From a virus, in IMG/VR virus record IMGVR_UViG_3300034418_006037, positions 1-64,000 of that record: 64,000 nucleotides of DNA; one strand, given 5' to 3'. Under the pieces are notes generated by a model. That model was given only the letters and a program-made list of their open reading frames with translations, ran no database searches and was not told where the DNA came from. Both the position numbers and the translations under genes were made by a program. Of this stretch, positions 56,101 through 64,000 are shown one piece after another (the stretch's first letter is position 1; every line of letters begins with the position of its first letter).

Positions 56101-59100
56101 CTCTTTTAATGATGGAGTCCCAGATTACATCATAAGGAATAGTGATAACAACTTAGATCCTTGGGATGCACACTCTACTACTTTCCCTTCTTTAGGATGG
56201 GTCAGTCCTGAGATGCAGAACACAGTAGACTTCTACTGGCACGATCCTAAAAATCAGTTGGGTAAAAAAAGCATCGATAAAAAGATGTTTGGGGAAACTC
56301 GCATACTTGACATAAGTGATGTCCAGGAAGGAGTAATAAACTATGGGTTTATTGGAGACGATGATGGCGAGATAGTAGGTCAAGGTGTTGATGGAGGCGC
56401 TAACGACAATACTGGAGTTAGTATTGCAAAACGTGCTAGAAAATACAGACGCGGAGAAGATTTGTCACAGCCTGCAAATGGTGATTTTGAGGGTAAAGCA
56501 GAGCAATTCCTAGCTATTAAAGCTAAGGAGGCTAGAGTGCGTGCTTGGTACACTTCGGCTATGATAGGAACTGCATACATATCACCTAGCATAGCTTTAT
56601 CCTCCCCAACTGTAGTCAAGGGTGGAAGCTATAAAGCAGTAAGTGCTTTTCTAGATGGGGATTACTTAGTTACATCAGGCGCTTCTGCACTTAATAGGTT
56701 TTACCAAGAAGGTAATTTTGATGATAACCAGCTTACTCTTATGCTGGATCCGAACAGCAAGATACTGCTGCACGGGCGTGAGAATCATGAGACTAGTGAC
56801 AGCACCTCATTTAAAGGAGCACAGATTCTATACAACTTAGCAGGTGAAACTGCTCATGCGTTTGGGTTGGTAAGCGGCCTTCCCGCTCTTAGAGGACATG
56901 CTCCTTTTGATAACCTTACTCAGGTTGGGTCTAATGGAGACCGAGCAGGTCTTGTAAGGTGGGGAGAAGCTCTCAATTGGTTGTACCCTGATGCTTTTAA
57001 AGACACAGTTCCATATGAATACCAGCTCTATGGGTTTAATACAGGATCTCAATTCCACTACCTAGCTAATGCTTCTGGGCAGGACGGAGAGATGTATGCC
57101 CCAAGAAATTATCAAGGTCTCAGGTATAGAATGTCTCCTACAAACCACATTATGGGACTGCCTATGGCGTGGCTTCTTAACGTGTGTGCTATACGTAGAA
57201 ACGTCTTCTCTCCGTTTGATCAGCAGAACCTAGTATGGACTGGTTACTTTAACAGAATAAGAAACGCAAACCTTACTACTGGAGAAGCAGATGATGGATA
57301 CTACACAAGAAATTACTACGAGGGAGCACAGTCTAGAGAGATCTTTGGGGGAGATACTTACATAACTAAAACTAGCTTCCGCTCTACTTCTCAAAGCTAT
57401 GGGCATAGCTATTGGAGAGCCAACAGGTGGTATGGAGATCCTGTGGGAGCAAGTGAAGAGTACACGCAGGGAGGTGTAGTTATAGAAAATGCATCTAACC
57501 TTATAAACATAGCGTTTAATACTACAGATTTCTTTGGGCGTAGAAGATTTCAATCTGACTTACCGGCAAACCTAGACCCTCTATCTGCTGGTTTGTACAT
57601 AGCGGATAGATTTGGAACTACTCAAGGAGCCCCAATATGGAATGCTACCCCAGACTATCTTCAGATAGGAGTAAATTCAGGTGCTGCTGATAGTAGGTAT
57701 GACATGGCTCAAAAGTTTGTCAACGTTGTAGCAGATAGCCACAACTGGGTAAAGGGCAATGTCAATCCTGTATCTACTGTATTCTCTTTCTATGTAGAGT
57801 CTGATGACTTGCTAGAGTGGAGGCACGTAGATGATGTAGAGCGCGGAGAAAAGACTAAAGTGTTTGACTATCATACAGGACATTCTGTAATATTCAATCC
57901 TCCCTACGACGACTTCACCAAACCTGATAAGATACTTTACGAGGATCACCTATCTGCACTGCAGAACGTAAAGGTAACCTCACCTTTGAATGTATTCGGA
58001 GAGCTATCTAAGGTTCAGACATTCCCTAACAGAGTAGTACGTTCTGATGTAGACTCAGGCAGTATTTCTGATGGGTATAGGAAGTTTAGAGCGCTGGAAT
58101 ACAAAGACATACCTACTCATAGAGGTCAGATTAAAAATCTATTTGATCTGAACGGGAACCTGTACATACATACAGAGCGCTCACTGTTTGTGACAAAGGG
58201 TAAAGAGGAACTTCAACTGGATGCTGTCACTGCATTCATAGGTAGCGGTAACATCTTTGTGCAAGATCCTGATGAAGCTATGCAAGCTGATGCAGGCTAT
58301 GCTGGTACTGCTTCTAGACATGCACACATAACTACTGTGTATGGACACTTTTACGTCAACTACAGAGACAGAAAAGTGTACAGCGTGAGTGGGCAAGGTG
58401 TGGCAGACATAACTAGTGGTATGGAAACATGGTTGAGAGACAACATGCCATTTGCTCTAGAGCAGTTTGGGATAAACCTAGACAGTGACAATGCTAGGGA
58501 GAATGGCTTCTTTGTGGATGCTACAACTGGGGTCAACGTACCAATAGGATTTACCCTTGGGTATGACCCACTGTTTAAGCGCATACTTATTACAAAGCAT
58601 GAGCCCATACCTACACAGCAGTTTTTCGAAGACTTCTACGCAGGTAACATAGTAGTTATCAATGACATACCAGAGCTTATATCTGGATGTGCAGACTTAG
58701 ATGTCATACAAACTAATGCTAGAGTACCCATCCCAGAGCAGGTAAACTTTAAAGCTAACAACCCAGTTTATTGCGGACCTATATGGTTTGGTAACCCTGT
58801 ATACTTTACACAAAGCTCTTGGACCATTTCATACTACCCTGAACTTAAAGTGTGGGGCAGTAGACACAGCTATGCACCTAACCTGTACACGAATACCTCA
58901 GAGTACTTGGTAAGCTTTGCGGGTGATCGTAGCTGGGAGCACACTAACAAGAACAACCCTGGTAGATTCTACGGAGAGCTATACAACTTCGAAGTAGAGT
59001 TCATAGACAATACAGCTGCTGCAGAAGCTAAGCTGTTCTCGAATATGTTCTACTGGGCTGAGTCCTTCCTTCCTGATCAAAACAGTATCTCTGAGCAATT

Positions 59101-59518
59101 CAGAGTATCTAATCCTGTGTTTGATGAGTTCTATGCATACAATAGCACTCAGATTACAGGTCTACCTATAACAATCAACTACTTGAATAATGCTAGGTTG
59201 GTAGATAGGATATGGTATGTCAACGAGATACGAGATCTTTCAATCCAACAACAACTTACTGAGGGTGAGCTTATTACTGGAACAGAGAATGTTGCAGGAA
59301 ATATAACAACAGAAGTTACTGTGCACCCTCAAGCTACAACTATGTTCACTGAAGAGGGTGTAGTAAATAACAACTATGTAAATCTCAATAAAGAATGGTT
59401 TAATCGCAGAAAGATGATTGACCACTATCTAGGAGTGAGACTTATAAAAGATAATACTAACAGAAATTTAGTACATTTGTATGCAGTTGGTACTAAGTTC
59501 CGTAAATCATTCAGATAA
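53162..59518 (+). CDS. tail stabilisation/muzzle protein (2118 aa)
   Basis: KGMFKD...ALNA, VYFTDG...NPPRVIN, NRLYLGN, KSFRRGEVYAFYI, WTISY...WGSRHSY.P. Confidence 0.85.
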   Translation: MKKLGKGMFKDTARVDQPEGTMRDALNANLNIKKGSISNEWGTYEYPNNAGFRVLGRTVLDDDVIVMFGQAVNVVDNETVYTDQIRTLNTRNQEVLVLYENDLLNFQQTHPIVATNRKNQAGDYIVYFTDGYKEEAELYTAFEYVNTYNPPRVINVTRQRAFRLRGGLVDQLYNNTNSFYKLNLIPRIGTHSSFDSARVLSGGNLYAAAYYLALAYTDRDGVETNYFVLSNPVYIVPNSENITPTNSFIGAEGGTKCNKTIQWVVDTPIDIDYELLQPAVIKLQKTAMTAEKLKPVAMNKGYETIVTYSGNEDSQSIAVEDIIVDDVNYITADTISQLDNRLYLGNVSSNKDIGFQPFAQNIQLEAVVEEAEAFSPRLYDTFALNQGYAALIQEWHADVPQQFKNEYQDLQTGNISYAPTGNINYQYQELLNNLLLDPLGNTRKGYRDPNFYFQRKSFRRGEVYAFYISFILNDGTETYAYHIPGREPRCIPVPATQQTTYEYAQYRKVTFSFDDYDFSFGGSGVASQHELVFLYVPPLGQGNSPVGYPNAGYYRPAGWTNDATLVNQFNANSLPETISVTGATYISLTLNSADDFGASYNQTTVFNAMEAWLLSNGPTLGATEGWDEIVGEEISSQTPAILETEVSISILSDDDVCENDALSKNPAATKLAFGFLPTEALEQYDDIRLFNVLDTGNKIDPELSGNMGYWANENEFYPSTRDFTFGDVTTEGVAVLDDAQGIYGERVRHHRMPGNLSDEFSYIERSSEHPVNNSNGNTHGWFEELGYRPLEGDRLRTIRGIGGDGTMALDENVRLLGVRLNNLKIPRGILEQIQGYKIYYAKRDEKDKTILGQSIAVPGHPRAASVNKQSLEEAVTGPFTKAFYMYGGLDHTDNTTVETYGKWKSTIEGERRYYSHPVFKFHDLHQLRKRSDMSAATHIQCQYGVIFRMYSGGPGVFVPPCAPDKVWDAVIDFDESELSTSFNDGVPDYIIRNSDNNLDPWDAHSTTFPSLGWVSPEMQNTVDFYWHDPKNQLGKKSIDKKMFGETRILDISDVQEGVINYGFIGDDDGEIVGQGVDGGANDNTGVSIAKRARKYRRGEDLSQPANGDFEGKAEQFLAIKAKEARVRAWYTSAMIGTAYISPSIALSSPTVVKGGSYKAVSAFLDGDYLVTSGASALNRFYQEGNFDDNQLTLMLDPNSKILLHGRENHETSDSTSFKGAQILYNLAGETAHAFGLVSGLPALRGHAPFDNLTQVGSNGDRAGLVRWGEALNWLYPDAFKDTVPYEYQLYGFNTGSQFHYLANASGQDGEMYAPRNYQGLRYRMSPTNHIMGLPMAWLLNVCAIRRNVFSPFDQQNLVWTGYFNRIRNANLTTGEADDGYYTRNYYEGAQSREIFGGDTYITKTSFRSTSQSYGHSYWRANRWYGDPVGASEEYTQGGVVIENASNLINIAFNTTDFFGRRRFQSDLPANLDPLSAGLYIADRFGTTQGAPIWNATPDYLQIGVNSGAADSRYDMAQKFVNVVADSHNWVKGNVNPVSTVFSFYVESDDLLEWRHVDDVERGEKTKVFDYHTGHSVIFNPPYDDFTKPDKILYEDHLSALQNVKVTSPLNVFGELSKVQTFPNRVVRSDVDSGSISDGYRKFRALEYKDIPTHRGQIKNLFDLNGNLYIHTERSLFVTKGKEELQLDAVTAFIGSGNIFVQDPDEAMQADAGYAGTASRHAHITTVYGHFYVNYRDRKVYSVSGQGVADITSGMETWLRDNMPFALEQFGINLDSDNARENGFFVDATTGVNVPIGFTLGYDPLFKRILITKHEPIPTQQFFEDFYAGNIVVINDIPELISGCADLDVIQTNARVPIPEQVNFKANNPVYCGPIWFGNPVYFTQSSWTISYYPELKVWGSRHSYAPNLYTNTSEYLVSFAGDRSWEHTNKNNPGRFYGELYNFEVEFIDNTAAAEAKLFSNMFYWAESFLPDQNSISEQFRVSNPVFDEFYAYNSTQITGLPITINYLNNARLVDRIWYVNEIRDLSIQQQLTEGELITGTENVAGNITTEVTVHPQATTMFTEEGVVNNNYVNLNKEWFNRRKMIDHYLGVRLIKDNTNRNLVHLYAVGTKFRKSFR
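59472..59479 (+). promoter_or_regulatory. TAnnTTTG element (TACATTTG) ahead of the cargo genes
   Basis: Consensus match ~40 nt upstream of ATG 59518, inside the end of the muzzle gene. Confidence 0.4.
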
Positions 59519-61557
59519 TGGCAAACAGAAAGCAAGGATATTTGGACAAAGCTAAGCGCCAAATGAAAAAGAAAGGAACTGTCGGCGCATTCACAGAATA
59601 CTGCGGTGGTAAAGTTACAGATAAGTGTATAGAACGTGCACTAAATAGTAACGACGATACTTTACGCAAGCGTGCACAATTTGCTAAGAACGTTAGAGCA
59701 AAAGACGGGGGAGCAAAACCTCTGCCTGGGGGTATTATGCAGCCCATAGGGTACGGTGCATTCAAGTTCCATGGCAACAAGCATGATGAAGCAGGTATGG
59801 GTTCTGACAGCGGTATCATACTTGAAGAGGGTGGTAAGAAGAAGCCAGGCCTTGAAGTAGAAGATGGTGAGCTGCAAGTAGATGTTAATACCAAAGATGG
59901 TAAGAAGGAATACATAGTGTCGGATTACATCAAAAATCCTGCTACTGGTAACACACTTGCCGAAGATCTAGAAAAGGAACTAGCAAAAGCTAAGAACAAC
60001 CAAGAAGCAGCTAAGATTACTGCACGCTACGTAAGACTGAATGAAAAGCTTCGCGGAGAAGAAGGGGAACCTGAATCAGTAGAGAAGCCCAGAGAAAAAG
60101 CACAACTGGGTAAGAGACGCAAGCAAAAGAAACAGTACGAGCAGGACATGGCAGACTACGAAGAAAGCTTGTCTGAATTTGAGGAAAAGCAATCTGCTTA
60201 TGAAGATGAAAAGAAAGCTGTTGAAGAAAGAAACAAGAAGATACGAGAGGAGAATAAAAAAGCTAAAGAGGACTACGAGGCTAAAGAAGCTAAGAGGAAG
60301 GAGATTATAGAGAGGAACGAGAAGCTTAGGAGTGAGCGTGGAGCTGCTGGAGCAATTCAAGAAACAGATCCTAATACGGGAGAGCGTATATACGGTGAGA
60401 CTGTGGTTAACAGCGGTAACCGGGCAGATAAAATGAGGGACTGGTATAACAGGATGACTGAAGAGCAAGGTTCGCTGCCAGAAGACGTAGATAGATTTGA
60501 CTTCTCAGAATATATGACTGATGGAGAGTTTGATCCTTCTAAATTTGATACTACAGAAGCTAAGGACTCTTTTAGAAGTTGGTACAATGAGCTAGACGAT
60601 GACCTGGTTACAGGTAAAATAGCGTCTGACAATCAGGGTAGAGACCTGATATTCGGTGATCAATGGTATAGCAGGCATCTATTGGAAAGACCTGGTGCTC
60701 CAGAAGCAGAGCCAGAGTACAAGCCGGAGGAGGATTTGGAGGCTCCTACATTTGAAGGTGAAAGACCCGATAAGCCAGCAGATCTACCTAATCAGTTTAG
60801 GCCTCGAATGCCGGGAACCATGTTACAAATGGCTGGTCCTATAGCTGCTTTACAGTCTATGCAAGCTGCGAATCTTATGAAGCCGGAGTATGCTAGGGAA
60901 GTACGTATGGGTCGTACAAACTTAGATCCAGAACGTGCAGCAGCAGCTCAACAATCTCAAGGAGCAGCAGCTGGTATAACATCTTCTATGTCTGGTCCCG
61001 GAGCACTAGCTATGCAGCAAAAGAATTTGGCTGCAGGTCAACAAGCTCAACGTAATATTAATGACCAGGAAAGCAGAGCCAACTTACAAATAGCCAACAC
61101 GGAAAAAGGTATCAATGCAGGTATTAGACAACAGAATGCTTCTAATGCTATGAAGGCTAGTGAATACAATGCTTCTGCTAAAACTAGAACAGCGGAACAG
61201 AATAGAGCAGTAAAGCTAGCTGCTATCAATCAGATGGGTAAGATTGGTACACAGACAGTTAAGGATTACAACCAGCAGTATGCTAACTTTGGGAGTGACA
61301 TGATGCAATATGGTCCTGTTGCAGCAGACTACTATGCTAATGTGTACAAAGGCAATACTCCCTTTAATATGGGTGCTAGAGATATAAATGTATCTGGAGC
61401 CGGAGCGGAAGAGCAGGTTGCTGATATTATGCAGAATCAGCAAGCATCTGAAATATTACCTGACTCAAACGACACCAATGAAGGTGGTAGGAAAGGCAGG
61501 TATGTGAAAAAGCCTGGGAAGATTCGTCGTAAGACTACAAGAAAGAGAAGAAGATGA
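59518..61557 (+). CDS. internal virion cargo/ejection protein
   Basis: GAFT...RAQFAKN module, GNKHDEAG...EVEDGE module, Gln/Ala-rich amphipathic C-terminus. Confidence 0.72.
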   Translation: MANRKQGYLDKAKRQMKKKGTVGAFTEYCGGKVTDKCIERALNSNDDTLRKRAQFAKNVRAKDGGAKPLPGGIMQPIGYGAFKFHGNKHDEAGMGSDSGIILEEGGKKKPGLEVEDGELQVDVNTKDGKKEYIVSDYIKNPATGNTLAEDLEKELAKAKNNQEAAKITARYVRLNEKLRGEEGEPESVEKPREKAQLGKRRKQKKQYEQDMADYEESLSEFEEKQSAYEDEKKAVEERNKKIREENKKAKEDYEAKEAKRKEIIERNEKLRSERGAAGAIQETDPNTGERIYGETVVNSGNRADKMRDWYNRMTEEQGSLPEDVDRFDFSEYMTDGEFDPSKFDTTEAKDSFRSWYNELDDDLVTGKIASDNQGRDLIFGDQWYSRHLLERPGAPEAEPEYKPEEDLEAPTFEGERPDKPADLPNQFRPRMPGTMLQMAGPIAALQSMQAANLMKPEYAREVRMGRTNLDPERAAAAQQSQGAAAGITSSMSGPGALAMQQKNLAAGQQAQRNINDQESRANLQIANTEKGINAGIRQQNASNAMKASEYNASAKTRTAEQNRAVKLAAINQMGKIGTQTVKDYNQQYANFGSDMMQYGPVAADYYANVYKGNTPFNMGARDINVSGAGAEEQVADIMQNQQASEILPDSNDTNEGGRKGRYVKKPGKIRRKTTRKRRR

Positions 61558-63731
61558 GAAGAAAAAGAGCACAATTTGGTCAGGTCGTAAGTGGGTACGT
61601 AGATCCTACTCCAGAAGGTCTTGATAAAGCGTATGATAGACATATGGATAACCTCCTTATGAATGCAGCTATTAGAACAGAAGCTAACCAATTGAATTCT
61701 GCTCCTTTTGAAGGAGACAGAGAAGCTCGTAGGCAGCTCTTGGATAATACTGACAGAGCTCTTACTTCAATAACAGACAGTGCATCTTCTAATTATGGTA
61801 ACCTGTCTAATATGACAGCTGCTGTCACTAGAGCTTCTGCTGAGTATCAAAAAGGTTCTCAACCTATAAAGCAGAACTTAGAAAACTATACTGCTTATAA
61901 GAGCGAGCTAGATGAGCTGCTAAAAAACAAGAGGATAGACGCAGAAGACTACGAAGGTAGTTTAGATCTATCTACGCTCGGATACAATGGATTCTCCTAC
62001 GACGAAGCAGGTAACGCAATCAATATGTTTGAGGGTGTAAAAGCTTGGCAAATACCTGACATACAAAATCGTATCCGCCAGGCTTTGCAAGGGCTTAAGC
62101 CTGACTCTGTAATAACGTCGAATACTATACTTGGAGGTGAACAAGATGGTATGGTTACACTTAAGACTGCCTCAGGCACTACACAAGTAAGTGAAGAGAA
62201 AGTAAGAGCAGCTCTTCAGGGAGTCATGAACGATCCTGAGGTTCTTGGATACTACGGAAGGAAAGGAGAAATTAAAGCGGCTCGTATGGATGAGCCAAAC
62301 CTTAGACAGGAAATTGCTAGGATGATGGATGATGAGTCTAAGTCTTCCAATCCTGATCCGGAGAAAGTTGGTAGACTTTCTCAAGCTTTAGAGGCAGGAA
62401 ATATAGAGGAGATGCGGCAAATTGTTTCAGATGACATTAGAGACAATATACTTGGGACAATAACTGATGGAGCAGTAGAAGGAAACTCCTTCAGACAAAC
62501 ATCAAACACCACAGACAGATCTTATGATGAGTTGTGGATGACAAACTACAAGCAGAAACTTGCAGATGAGTCTTGGAAAATGCGTCAAGATTATGAAGCT
62601 GCACAAGCTGCAAAAACTGCAAAGACAACTGAGCCTGTAACGCCTAGTCAGCCCGGATTTGTAATCACAGAGGATGGAATAGTATATAGAAGAAGAGGAG
62701 GTGAATATGCTGGAGAGCTGCATAATGAAATAACTGCAGTTGAGGCAGAGCTTGAAGAGCTTCTTACTCTGTACGAAAATCCTCAGAATCAATTATCAGC
62801 TGAGGGAAGGGAATCTCTGGAGAGGCAAATAGAAGATAAAGCTACAGAAGCCAGGATGTTAAACATTACATTCCAAGATTTGTACAAGGACACACCACAA
62901 AATTTGCTAGACAATGATTCAGAGTGGGAAGCATTGCAGGAAGATGAACCATTTTCGTTTACTGGAGTAGGTGCTGCGGGTGGAGTTGGGATTTTACAGA
63001 CATTGCGCCGTCAAAACAAACAAAAACGGGAAAAAAGAGACTTCTTGATGCAAGAAGAATATGCATCACCTGTGGGTGAAAGCACTGTCATATCAACTAC
63101 ATACGTAGATCCTATGAGCCTTGGTTTGACTAAAGCGCAAGCTGATCAAATGGATGCTTTCTTTGAGGCAGGTATCAAGCCTACTCAAATGGTTTTAGAT
63201 CCTGTTACAGGCCAAACTATAACATATAAAGAATGGAAGGCCGGCAAAGATGCAAATGGTGATCGTAGACCTCAAGACCTTGTAGTTAAAGATGTTGCAG
63301 TATCTTACTCTGCACCTATAGGAGGTCAACCTACAGTAAGACTTTCTATGGCAAATAAAGATGGTCAAAGTGCATCACTTCTTGTTCCTGTAGGAAAAGG
63401 AAGTTACTTCGACATCCCTGGACTAAGCCAGTATTATGATAATCCAGGAGCTAAACTGGTAAGCGAGTTGCTTACTTATAAGCATGAGGGTCTTACAGAC
63501 ATAGATATGAACGATGGTCTAAAATGGGTGGGAGAATTCACAACAAATCCCAGCGATCCAGCTGCTCCAAAAGTTCAGCAAGGCGGCTATATAACTGCTG
63601 ATCTTACTACATCAGAAGGAGGGACTATAAGCATATACAACGCGCAAGGAGAACTTATTAATACTGTAGGCTTGCTTGATCCTAGATTACAGACCTTTGC
63701 AAAACTCTACAACATAAAACTTACTATATAA
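61554..63731 (+). CDS. internal virion cargo/ejection protein
   Basis: SGYVDP N-terminus, helical; sits between cargo and giant gene as in crAss-like phages. Confidence 0.68.
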   Translation: MRRKRAQFGQVVSGYVDPTPEGLDKAYDRHMDNLLMNAAIRTEANQLNSAPFEGDREARRQLLDNTDRALTSITDSASSNYGNLSNMTAAVTRASAEYQKGSQPIKQNLENYTAYKSELDELLKNKRIDAEDYEGSLDLSTLGYNGFSYDEAGNAINMFEGVKAWQIPDIQNRIRQALQGLKPDSVITSNTILGGEQDGMVTLKTASGTTQVSEEKVRAALQGVMNDPEVLGYYGRKGEIKAARMDEPNLRQEIARMMDDESKSSNPDPEKVGRLSQALEAGNIEEMRQIVSDDIRDNILGTITDGAVEGNSFRQTSNTTDRSYDELWMTNYKQKLADESWKMRQDYEAAQAAKTAKTTEPVTPSQPGFVITEDGIVYRRRGGEYAGELHNEITAVEAELEELLTLYENPQNQLSAEGRESLERQIEDKATEARMLNITFQDLYKDTPQNLLDNDSEWEALQEDEPFSFTGVGAAGGVGILQTLRRQNKQKREKRDFLMQEEYASPVGESTVISTTYVDPMSLGLTKAQADQMDAFFEAGIKPTQMVLDPVTGQTITYKEWKAGKDANGDRRPQDLVVKDVAVSYSAPIGGQPTVRLSMANKDGQSASLLVPVGKGSYFDIPGLSQYYDNPGAKLVSELLTYKHEGLTDIDMNDGLKWVGEFTTNPSDPAAPKVQQGGYITADLTTSEGGTISIYNAQGELINTVGLLDPRLQTFAKLYNIKLTI

Positions 63732-64000
63732 TGTCTGAAAAGGTTATAGATCCTTTCACAGGGCTAGAGGTTGTCAAGTCTGGTGTTGTAGACCCTTTCA
63801 CAGGGCTTAGCTATGACACTGCACCTGTTAAAGATGATACTCCTATCATGCCATCATCTACTGAGATGTTTCTTGATGGGGATCCAAATAGTTATCTAAG
63901 CTATGGTGTGCCTGTTCTTCCTGGGTTAGACATTGATGAGATGCGTGCTCAGCGTCAGTCTCGTGCAGAGAAGTGGGGCAGAGGATTGATGAAAGCTGGT
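63731..64000 (+). CDS. N-terminus of giant cargo/virion RNA polymerase-type protein (truncated by window)
   Basis: Open to the window end: MSEKVIDPFTG...LDIDEMRAQRQSRAEKWGRGLMKAG; RAxxQxxxxKWG and position fit crAss giant cargo proteins. Confidence 0.6.
   Translation, partial: MSEKVIDPFTGLEVVKSGVVDPFTGLSYDTAPVKDDTPIMPSSTEMFLDGDPNSYLSYGVPVLPGLDIDEMRAQRQSRAEKWGRGLMKAG

Noticed and set aside
1-64000. Stop-codon reassignment as seen in some Crassvirales
   Set aside because: Long genes are intact in the standard code, TAA/TAG/TGA all end genes, and no suppressor tRNA was seen
1-64000. CRISPR array, integrase, transposase or DGR reverse transcriptase
   Set aside because: No regularly spaced direct repeats, no such protein motifs and no TR/VR-like repeat pair noticed by eye

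Overview
This window is a 64-kb segment of a crAss-like (Crassvirales-type) podophage, probably infecting an aquatic or marine Bacteroidota (Flavobacteriales-like) host. It uses the standard genetic code. Positions 1-11.9 kb (minus strand) hold the early/replication arm: a Sak4-like ATPase, a DnaB helicase domain, an SF2 helicase, a stand-alone DnaA domain IV-like protein, family A DNA polymerase, a 2H phosphoesterase, tRNA-Arg(UCU), tRNA-Ile2-like(CAU), an aberrant tRNA with an 8-nt anticodon loop, and several tRNA-like or otherwise structured non-coding elements. After an AT-rich strand switch at ~11.95-12.0 kb, the plus strand carries the late arm: amidase, GroES, HU/IHF-like proteins, TerL, portal, scaffold-like protein, major capsid protein, ring/adaptor proteins, a 2179-aa Cys-rich protein, a large fibre cluster, holin, metallophosphoesterase, tail tubular and muzzle/stabilisation proteins, cargo proteins and the truncated start of a giant cargo/vRNAP-type gene. 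The most unusual observations are (i) a tandem set of structured ncRNAs punctuated by tRNA-like minihelices directly upstream of the 2H phosphoesterase, (ii) the 8-nt-loop tRNA, (iii) a pseudoknotted RNA transcribed ahead of the endolysin, and (iv) a recurrent basic-x-x-x-GG motif that appears to delimit modules in putative cargo proteins. All calls come from motif recognition and synteny by eye; no database searches or folding programs were run.
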